A stretch of 64,000 nt of DNA, taken from the human T2T-CHM13v2.0 reference genome, Homo sapiens. Where the stretch lies: NCBI RefSeq assembly GCF_009914755.1, contig NC_060928.1. The stretch is one strand, 5' to 3'. Every line of letters starts with the position of its first letter. Positions within the stretch are counted from its first letter, which is position 1. The notes below the pieces were generated by a model. The model was not told the origin of the DNA and did not search any database. It worked only from the letters and a program-made list of their open reading frames with translations. Below are positions 53,694 through 64,000 of the stretch, piece after piece. Position numbers and translations under genes: made by a program.

Positions 53694-55199
53694 AGAAGAA
53701 CACAGGGTTCAGTGTCAGAGAAACAAAAGCTAAAGTCCCAATCCTCTCACCTATTAGTAGTGTGGCACTAGATAATTTAATTAACCTCTTTCAGCCTTGG
53801 GTTCTTCATCTATTATGAAGATGTAGTATTTGCCAGACAGCTGAAAAGAGCACAAAGGAGAATGGGAAAGTTTCAGAGACTTTTCATATAAACAGGCAGA
53901 AGATGAGTACTTAAGCTGGGATCCCAGAAGACAAAAGGCCAGATCCCAAATTGGGTTAACTGCATTGCAGGAACAAAGCAAAAGCAATGGCTGGAATGAT
54001 AAAAATAATGTCAGATGCATGTTAAAGTTGCAATAGAAGAAAGACAATGTGCTTGTCAGTACTCAAAACAATTTTTCAGACAGCCTTGTGCCATATTCCA
54101 TATCCAGGATTCTTTAAAGGGTCTGAGAACCATTTCTGACACTTTGAAACAGTTTTTACAAAGTAAAATGAAAATGAAAAATACCAACCCTGCCTAGCAC
54201 CCAGGGTTATTTGGAGTAACAAGGGAAATAATGCAAATGAAAGCATTATTATGTAAATTAACGTGCTGTACCATCCATCGAGCACTCATTAGGATGTGCT
54301 CACTGCTCTAATCAAGTATACTTAGGAGAAAGGCCTTACTTACTTCATTATCCTAGAAAATATAAACGTAAGTAGCACAACTTAATGGTTATTCTAAGCA
54401 ACATTCTATCTTTGCTGCATGTATTAGGATTAAGCATGAAGCCGTAGCATCTGTGTGTGTATTGTTTAGGATTTTTTATATTTTCTCTGATGAATATTCA
54501 TTTCGATTTGTTCATAATATATAGTAACTGAGCTTTTCATACACTCAATAAGGATTAATAATATATGACAAAGTTGGCCACATTGAATAATACTTTGTAG
54601 CGACATAAAGCTGTTTCCTACTTCTGGATACCTCAGTACCATTTATGGAAGGGTGCACCGTGTAGTGACTGAAAGAATAAGCTCTCATATTTTATAGACA
54701 TTGGTTAAACTCCAGCTCTGCCACTTGTTATCTGGGTGGACTTTGCCATATTATATTTCGGAGTTTCAGTATCTTCTTTGACTGTAAAATGGAGAAAATC
54801 ATACCTATAGAAGTTCAAAGAAAGAGTGAAATAAGACAAAGGAGGTCGTCACCAGGTCAATCCTCACCAGCTTCCCCCTTAGGTATCCACAAGTGGCTTT
54901 AACCTCAATGATTCTGCAATACTCAAGTTCTGACCTTCAGTCCTGAAAGCTCAGAAAGGAAAAATCGCCGGGGCCCCAGAGTAGACTGGCCTCAGCAATC
55001 CTGAATCAAGCTATCAAAACACAGTAGATAAGTATACATTGTTGTACATTAAGGTTTTTTCCTCTAACTTTTAAAATTAATCTTTTCCAGCTTTATTGAT
55101 ATATCATTGACAAATAAAAATTATATATTTAAGATATATAAAGTACTATTTTGATATATGTATACATTGTGAAATGATTACTGCCATCAAGCTAATTAA

Positions 55200-55458
55200 T
55201 AGGCAAAACTCTTTAAATACAGCATGTTTTAATGATGTTTCATACTCCTGAGGAACTAACTAGTGAGAATGCAAATGATCCTTGGACTCAATTTAGAATG
55301 TTACTTTGACAGTTTACTAAATCTTACTATTCTCTGTCTTTGACATGAAAAAGTTACAGCTGAGGATCTGGTTGAACACTGGAAGCATCATAATACAAGG
55401 CATTGTGCAGTCATGTTCAAGACCTTGAACATAACTGTAATTTGCAACGTACTTAATG
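55200..55458 (+). repeat. Local duplication, inserted copy
   Basis: Diverged copy of 53421-53693 with two short deletions. Confidence 0.92.
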
Positions 55459-55509
55459 TCATTAATCAAAAGTAATGGCAAAACCACAACTACTTTTGCA
55501 CCAACCTAA
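55459..55509. mobile_element. MADE1 (Hsmar1 MITE), centre and right arm only
   Basis: aaaagtaatggcaaaaccacaactacttttgcaccaacctaa followed by TA matches the Hsmar1 TIR. Confidence 0.85.
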
Positions 55510-55990
55510 TAACATATGCGTCACCTCACATTGTTACCGTGTGTGTATGTGTGTGTGTGTGGTGAGAACATTTAATATCTACTCTCTTATCAAATTTCAA
55601 GTATGTAATACAGTATTATTAACTACAGTCACCATGCTACACATTAATTTTAAGGAGAGCTTTCTGTCATGTGAACTTGTCTGCTGCAGTCTCTCCCTGA
55701 AGGTGAGCTACATGGAAAGCCAAATGAACAGAAAGGTTCTTGCTGAGTGAGGAATTTGAACAAGGAAAGTTGGTTATTTATTTAGGTGTATAACATAACT
55801 CTAGCTTTCTCCACATAGCTACATTTGTCATATGGACATAATACTCTGGCCAGTCTGGAGGGCTCCTGCTTAAGAGTATTAGATGGTCATTCTTGATATT
55901 TGCCTCCATGTTTTGTCTTTCTCTAAGCCCCTACTTTTATGAGCTTCCCTATTTATGGACAGAATATTTGAAGAAAGGCATATAACTCTC

Positions 55991-56401
55991 TTTTTTTTTT
56001 TGAACATCAAGAACATCCCTTTTATTTATGCCTATTTAGGAAATGATTACAGTTTTAATTAACAGTAGTTTGAAATTCCTCAGCTTTTCTTTTTTTAATT
56101 TTTTTTATTATTATTATTATTATTTAAATTATACTCTAAGTTCTAGGGTACATGTGCACAACGTGCAGGTTTGTTATATATGTATACGTGTGCCATGTTG
56201 GTGTGCTGCACCCATTAACTCATCATTTACATTAGGTATTTCTCCTTAATGCTATCCCTCCCCCTTCCCCCCACCCCACAACAGGCCCCTGTGTGTGATA
56301 TTCCTCACCCTGTGTCCAAGTGATCTCATTGTTCAATTCCCACCTATGAGTGAGAACATGCGGTGTTTGGTTTTCTGTCCTTGAGATAGTTTGCTCAGAA
56401 T
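55991..56401 (-). mobile_element. 5'-truncated L1PA (L1PA4/5-like) with an ~83-bp 3' transduction
   Basis: L1 3'UTR ~56125-56401; two T-tracts separated by unique sequence; TSD aaaggcatataact(c/t)tc at 55974-55990 and 56402-56418. Confidence 0.88.
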
Positions 56402-57248
56402 AAAGGCATATAACTTTCAATTATTTTACAACCAAGTCTTGTAGCCCTATTCTTTTTAGGATAATTTTTTCAATTGTGTTGTGTAGCTCTCAAAAGGCAG
56501 ACTTATCTCTCTCCCTTTGTGGTTTTTGGTGCACTCTTTGATGACATGGTCAAGAATTTATAAAAATGTCTACTTCACATTACCTGGCTGTTAGTAATTA
56601 TTCAGTAAATGTTAGTTCATTAATTTTATTTTCCCTTGCCATGAATTTATCTTTGGCTATATCCCTACTCTACCCTCAAAGAAATAAAAGTCAAATTTTG
56701 TCTACCATCTCATGATAGTCTTCCTACTGATGTCAGTTACTACTAAAACTGTCCATTTCTCTGCAGCTGCTACTACTCTGTCATCCTAAGAGAAGAATCT
56801 CTGAAATTTTGACAGCATGTGGAAATATTCCCACTGATTATTGGATTATGAAGATGGAGAAGAGTATTTTAAAGGAGTTTTGTAGGAGCTGCAGGAGAGG
56901 ATTCAGGTATATTTATATTCATAGTATATGTGTAATGCTTTGTTCCTGCTCCTTCATTACTTCTATTAAGAAGAGACAAGGAGAGAGACATGGAAATGAC
57001 TAAGGCACCAAAGGAAAGGCATTTTTTACATTTCAAAGTCACAGGTAAAAAACATTTATCATTTTCATGTGGAAACATTCTTCCAAGCTGTAACTAATAA
57101 TGGTCTCTCCTACTATTTCCTCCCACTTCTGCAGCTGCTAAAACACCTTTGCCACCAGCTCCGACAATCAAACCATGCCTTTGGATTTCTTCAGTTTCTA
57201 AAGGGGAACATCTTTTTAAAGCCTTTGTTGTATTAATTAAGAATCCAG

Positions 57249-57545
57249 GGCCAAGCCCGTGGCTCATGCCCATAATCCCAGCACTTTGTGAGGCCAAGGC
57301 AGGTAGATCACCTGAGGTCGGGAGTTCGAGACCAGCCTGACCAACATGGAGAAACCCCGTATCTATTAAAAATACAAAATTAGCCAGGCATAGTGGCATA
57401 TGCCTGTAATCGCAGCTATTCAGGAGGCCGAGGCAGGAGAATCGCTTGAATATGGGAGGTGGAGGCTGTGGTGAGCCGGGATCGTGCCATTGCACTCCAG
57501 CCTGGGTGACAAGAGCGAAACTCTGTCACCAAAAAAAAAAAAAAA
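57249..57545 (+). mobile_element. AluSp-like
   Basis: gaggtcgggagttcgagaccagcctgaccaacatggagaaacccc; A-tail; approximate TSD aagaatccag / aaaaattcag. Confidence 0.92.
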
Positions 57546-57714
57546 TTCAGTGGCTGGCATAGAGTCAAGAAACTCTATGAACAGAAGATAACTGACTTAG
57601 CAGCAGCAGAGTAAGCCTCCAAAAAGAAGCAAGATCTTTGAAAGTGGCTGGGAGAGCTCCCAACTGAATAGGCTTCAGCCTCCCACTGTCAGTACTTAAG
57701 GTTCAAATGCCTCA

Positions 57715-60564
57715 GGCTGCGGGAGGGGACGGGGTGGAGACTGGCCATGTCGGAGGTGACCTGGAGTCTGCTGCAGCTCTGGGGCGCCAGTTTTAGGAGA
57801 GGCGCCAACTTCGACTTTTGGGGCCAGCCGGTGGAGGCGATAGATGAGTATCAGATATTAGCAAGACATCTACAAAAAGAGGCCCAAGCTCAACACAATA
57901 ATTCTGAATTCACAGAAGAACAAAAGAAAACCATAGGCAAAATTGCAACATGCTTAGAATTGTGAAGTGCAGCTTTACAGTCCACACAGTCTCAAGAAGA
58001 ATTTAAACTGGAGGACCTGAAGAAGCTAGAACCAATCCTAAAGAATATTCTTACATATAATAAAGAATTCCCATTTGATATTCAGCCTGTCCCATTAAGA
58101 AGAATTTTGGCACCTGGTAAAGAAGAGAATTTGGAATTTGAAGAAGAAGAAGAGGGTGGTGCTGGAGCAGGATCTCCTGATTCTTTTCCTGCTAGAGTTC
58201 CCGATGCTTTAGATACCAAGGTTGCCATTGGAACCAGGAATGACATTACTCACTATCAGAATTGAGAAAATTGGTTTGAAAGATGCTGGGCAGTGCATCG
58301 ATCCCTATATTACAGTTAGAGTAAAGGATCTGAATGGCATAGACTTAACTCCTGTGCAAGATACTCCTGTGGCTTCAAGAAAAGAAGATACATATGTTCA
58401 TTTTAATGTGGACATTGAGCTCCAGAAGCATGTTGAAAAATTAATCAAAGGTGCAGCTATCTTCTTTGAATTCAAACACTACATGCCTAAAAAAAGGTTT
58501 ACCAGCACCAAGTGTTTTGCTTTCATGGAGATGGATGAAATTAAACCTGGGCCAATTGTAATAGAACTATACAAGAAACCCACTGACTTTAAAAGAAAGA
58601 AATTGCAATTGTTGACCAAGAAAACACTTTATCTTCGTCTACATCAAACTTTGCACAAGGAATGATACTGACATGATGAACCTGGAACTTCTGTGAATTT
58701 TACCAGTCAGTAGAAACCATCATAGCTCTGTGTAGCGTATTCACCCTTCAACAGGCAGGAAGCAAGCCGTACCCAGACCAGTAGGCCGGAAGGAGTCCAG
58801 TGCAAAGCTGTACCACAGAATTCAGAGTCCAGCACATCACTGACGTATAGGACTCCTTTGGATACAGGTTTATTGTAGATTTGGAAACATGTTTTTACTT
58901 TTCTATTAATTGGGCAATTAATAGTCTATTTTCTAATTTACCACTACTCCTACCCTGCTTCCTGGAACAATACTGTTGTGGGTAGGATGTGCTCATCTTC
59001 AAACTTAATACAGCAATAAGAATGTCCTAGAGTTTACACATCTGTTCACTTTTGCTCCAATATGCTCTTTTGACTTAACTTCAAGCTTTGGGTTGATGTG
59101 GGTAGGGTAGTGTCAAACTGTTTTAAGAGGAATTGGACCAGTTCTGCTGCCTAAGAAGGTCTGTCTGGATGTTTATAGGCAGCTCCTCTGAAGTGGCCTA
59201 AATTCACCCTGATCTGATAGTTTTCCTGCCTAGAAAGTGTGCCTTGGCCAGATCAGTATCCCACATGGGAGTGTTCCCTAGGTTGTAGCGTGATTGTTTC
59301 CAGATGACCAGATTGTTTTTCTGAAAATGAGCATATTTTTAGTCATGTTGATTAGCTGTTCTTCTACATCACATTGTTACTCTTTCTGATGATGATTCTA
59401 GGGTTAACATTGGAACCATCTCAAAATAATTACAAATTTTTAGATGGGTTTACAATGTCTTCTAAACAATATAATCTAAAAATAATTGAGTCAGATGCTA
59501 ACGAGATACTGAAGGCATAACTGCTGTTTTTCTGGCAACTGATTATGAAACCTTAAAACCTGCATACCTCTTCTTATAGTGAGGAATATTCAAAATCTGG
59601 AAAGATATTCTATTTTTTTATATAGGTAGATAGGATCACCATTTATTTCCTATTTAGATATACTGACATTCATCCATATGAAAATATGCAGGTCATTAGC
59701 TTACTATAATTTTACTATTTACTTTTGACTTAATGGGGCATAAATAAAACTTTCTTAGTACACATGAGGTGGATATTTGATACACAGAACATTTGTGGTG
59801 GGCTTTCTGTGGGTTAGATGTAAAGCCCACGTATTTTAATATTCACTATTTTAAATGAGCAATGCATGAGGGGAATGCAGTGTCAGTACCTGGCCTATTT
59901 TTAAACTAGTGTAATCACCCTAGTCATACCATTCAGTATGTTTGCTTTTTAAAATAAGTAACCACAATTAAGTTGTTGTAGCCCTTGCACTTCAAGAGAT
60001 TTAGTCCTTCCTTTCAGTTGTCTGTTAGGTCCATTCTGTTTACTAGACGGATGTTAATAAAAACTATGTGAGCCTGAACGTATTCTCGGCCAAATTTAGT
60101 CTTGTCTCTCATCTTGATTGGATTAATTCTAAAGTCTAAAATGATTCAGTCCACAATAGCTCTAGGGGATGAAGAATTTGCCTTACTTTGTTGTTCGCTC
60201 AGTTCCTAAGACTGTGAGTTGTCAAATCCCTAGACTGTAAGCTCTTCAAGGAGCAAGAAGCACATTTTCTCCGTGTCATGTAATTTTTCTAAGGTGCTTG
60301 GCAGCACTCTGTACCCTGTGGAGTACTCAGTACCTTTTGTTTGATGTTGCTGACAAGACCTAAAAAACAATCCCTTAAAAAAAAAAACCATTAAAAGGTA
60401 GCAAAACCGATGTATTATTTTTTCTCTTTTCTCATAAACCGCAAGATATGTATATCAAAGTGATAATTTGTATGAAGCATCTGCTATCCTTCACGTGAGT
60501 ATGGTTTATATGAACTACAAATACCTTTCATCAACATTAAAGAAGCTTAAATTGAAAAAAAAAA
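57715..60564 (+). pseudogene. AIDAP2: Processed pseudogene of AIDA (axin interactor, dorsalization associated); CDS remnant 57747-58665 plus full 3'UTR and poly(A)
   Basis: Intronless MSEVT...LHQTLHKE* homology to AIDA; premature TGA at 57963-57965; frameshift near 58203-58215; ATTAAA at 60536 and A10 at 60555-60564. The parent gene is confidently recognised; the P2 number is from memory of the TMEM144 neighbourhood. Confidence 0.93.
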
Positions 60565-61867
60565 CTTAGGTTGTCTACGATATTAAAATTGCCAATCATG
60601 TTTAGGCGTGGGCCACTAAATTCTAATTTTTTCTTTTGCTTCTAATAAATATGGGCAGTGTCTACAAGCGTTATTGTTCCATCCTGACTTTTTGCACAAA
60701 AAGTCTTGACTTGTCTACTAAGGTATCAAGATATTCAAGATTTTTCTGGACAACACATTCAACACAATGTTCCTTTTTGACATTTTATTATAACTAGCCC
60801 AAACAATTAACTTTCTGCAAAAACATCTCTGAAGATAGATATAAACGCCATACATAAGTAGTTCTAATGTTTGAAAACTGTTGGAAGACATGTTGTTATA
60901 TGAAAAGAAGTGTTTCTTTTCATTTTATTCTCAGTAATTTGAACAATAAGCTAGCAATTTGTCAACATTTAGACAGGCCAGTGGAGCTATCAGTAGTCAT
61001 TGTGGGAGCGTTTCACAAAAATTAGATTTGGCAATAATTAGGCAGCTGTATGGGATGAGGCTGGGGCAAAGTCAGAGGATAAGCATTCGTCCCCTGGCTA
61101 GAAATTAGAGACGTGTACTCGCTTAGTATGTGGGGAGAGGAATAAGACTGAAAGAAATTCTACATTTTAAACTTTAATGTCATTTAAAATACCCTTTTAA
61201 ATCATGTTGAACTCCTGGATACTAGAGAAATATATTATACCTTTTCATTATTCTAAGACCAAGTTCATTATAAATCATTTGTATTGCTTCAGTAAAAACT
61301 TAGGATCTTCAAATATTTTGTCAATAATAGTATGTGCAATTCCTATAATTTCCCTTTTAAAACATTTCCATCAATTGCTTTATTTCTAAAATTTTTTATT
61401 TTATATGACCTAAGTTATTAAGACAAAAGGAGGTATTAAAAAAAAAACAGAATGTGTGTGACTTATTTGGATTTCCCTCAACATTTAAAAAAAAAAAAGT
61501 TTCCATAGCTACCTGAATACTGTGCTCAGTTCGATTTTTTTAAAGGTAGGTACATGGTCTTCAGAGCTTTTATATATTAAATTAGAGTTACACTAAATTA
61601 AAATTTTTAAATAACCTATAAATTATTACTTCAATTGCAATCTATCAAGGAGTGTGAAAGCAAAGCTTGAGCTAACTCCCAACCCCTACAATACTTCTTA
61701 GGTTCTAGAAAGTTTAAATGATTTAAGTAGAATTCCTTTTTAATTAGTATTCTAAAATCCAAAAAATGGCACTATTGGCAAGTAAGATTATTAAGAATGT
61801 CATTAAAATTAATTAGCTATTGATCAGAAGATATGTGAACAGAGAATAGTGGAATGTTCTTCCATTG

Positions 61868-61895
61868 TTCTTCTCTTCCAAATGGAAGAGAAGAA
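61868..61895. repeat. Perfect 13-bp inverted repeat with 2-nt spacer
   Basis: ttcttctcttcca-aa-tggaagagaagaa. Confidence 0.9.
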
Positions 61896-63739
61896 AAGGT
61901 GGAATTGGAAGGTGAAATGTTACACAGTAGGACAACCAGCATCAGAGGAAGCAAAGTGATGTCCTGATTTTGAATTTGGGGGTTACTTTAGACTTCATTC
62001 AAAATAAGAGTGAGTAAGTTTCATAAAAAAAGCCACCTCTTCACTTCATCTGTAAATCTATAATGTGAGGAATTGGACTATACTATATTTGTGAGCCTCC
62101 CACCAAAATACACCATTATTGATGAATTTTCTTTCACATATATCCATATCATGAAGATTTCATACTGGCCCTGAAGTTCAGAGCTATTATAGCTTTTATG
62201 CTGAAATCTGCCAAATAATTTAAAAACATGCTTTAGTCTTAAGTTTATTTAAATGTGTTTAAGTTACAATGATAGAAGAATTATAGAAGATATTCAGCTC
62301 CGGGGATAAGAGAAATGTCCCATTAACAGACCTAGCAGGTTTCTGCTTTTAAGAAAGAAGTCCAGTTATCGGGAGAAATTGGTCAGACCCATGTTAGCAG
62401 GAAGGCTGATGCAATCATGAGCCACTGTGACACTCCTCTAGGACTCATAGCCCATGATTGTCCCAGAGTTCGTGGCTGGGTTGAAGTCAGGGAGAATCAA
62501 GTGGCCTGCACTTAGTTTAGAGTGTCCCTGCAGCAAAAAAAGTCAGGAAGATTTTCACTTTTACTCTGTGTTCTATCAAAGTCAGGAGTTAGCTGACTAC
62601 ATTTGAAAATACATTTTGGGGAAAATTTTACCCTTGCCAAAAATACTCACTGGAAAAGTGAATCTACTTTTCATATGTCTAAACAGATGTCAAAGGTGCC
62701 ATGAATTATATTAGCATAATTACACTTTTCAAAAATTCCAAGGCATTAGTCTCCCATAGAAACACATCAATGAAAATAGATGCTTGAGCAACAAATATAA
62801 ATGGAATAAGCAAATCTTACCTGTCAATTATCATTATCAAAGGTATATTTTGATTAAGTCGGTAAATTGTTTTGCATTTATTCATGTAGAATAAATTGGA
62901 ACTAGCAATGACATTAAAAGCAAAAATTATATATTTAACTATCCTATATCTTTATTTTCTAAATGTACAATGGCCTGAATTTTTTGGGAAAAAAAAGGTA
63001 CTGTTTTCCCCCTCGATAAGTTAGCCATGATACACACACAAAAAAAATGAGTATTATTAAGCTAATCAGAATGTATAAGACTTTTAAATATAAAATATTC
63101 TTATTTTACCAATTATTTTAAATTTTAATAATTACATAGAATATTTTTAAAGTTTTTCTTAGAGGTTGTCTCTCATTAAGAAATGTGCAAGCAGAGTAAA
63201 TGTGAGATCAATCATGTACAGCAATGCTAAAATAAATGTAAGATTTTTGAATGGATGACTGATTAATAACCACAAAACAATTTCTAAATATGATTATCCA
63301 CTAAAAAGGAACCAAGTATTATTAAGAAACGGCCAATCCAGAGTTGGGGCAGGAAAAGTACAAGATTAGCCTTGGCCAACTTGTGCCAAGAAATAAGGAA
63401 ATTCTCAGGAATGATGGGGACCTGTGAAAAGGATCCAGAAGACAGTTTGGAGAGAGTTTAACTGGACAAATTAAGCCAATTTGAGAATCAAATTAAATAA
63501 GAACATAAATGAATCAGAACTCATCAAATAAAATAAAAATCTATGAATCCATACTGATATAAATAATAAAGAAAAAATGCTTTATCTTAGAGCTCTACTA
63601 ACAAATATAGAAAGAATGATAAAATTAGAATTACCCAAATTAACAAATTGCCATTGGGCAATTTTCATAGTAATAATTGATTCAGATGAGAAACACCAAT
63701 ATGTGAAAGTTTAATGAGAACAGAATATTGTATATTACT

Positions 63740-64000
<261 letters not shown>

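Larger units (their letters stand above)
55082..55645 (-). mobile_element. L1MA 3' end interrupted by a MADE1 remnant and the duplicated segment
   Basis: atcaagctaatta | insert | acatatgcgtcacctcaca corresponds to contiguous L1MA 3'UTR sequence. Confidence 0.75.

Noticed and set aside
57747-58665. Functional AIDA gene
   Set aside because: No introns, premature stop at codon 73, a frameshift and a genomic poly(A): processed pseudogene

Overview
Primate (human or great-ape type) AT-rich genomic DNA with no prokaryotic features. It holds the 3' half of TMEM144 on the + strand: seven coding exons at 13085-33685, all with GT-AG introns and matching phases, plus a ~1.8-kb 3'UTR. It also holds a full-length processed pseudogene of AIDA (~57715-60564, +). 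Most of the rest is transposable elements: Alu, MIR, L1, L2, L3, MaLR, MER39, MER41, a HERV-E/Harlequin provirus with an LTR2B-like LTR, and Tigger, hAT and MADE1 DNA elements. Most ORFs in the track are repeat or low-complexity artefacts. I found no new multi-gene system. The most interesting structures are: (1) a consensus alternative splice donor that would add a stop-free, in-frame, Alu-derived 117-aa insert to TMEM144; (2) inverted Alus tightly bracketing three exons (circRNA geometry); (3) an L1-retroposed MER41 transcript carrying tandem GAS motifs; (4) a ~260-bp templated insertion that replaced one arm of a MADE1; (5) an L1 3' transduction; (6) an L1/HERV-E nest collapsed by a deletion. 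Repeat subfamily names come from remembered consensus sequences, not a database search, and old-repeat boundaries are approximate.
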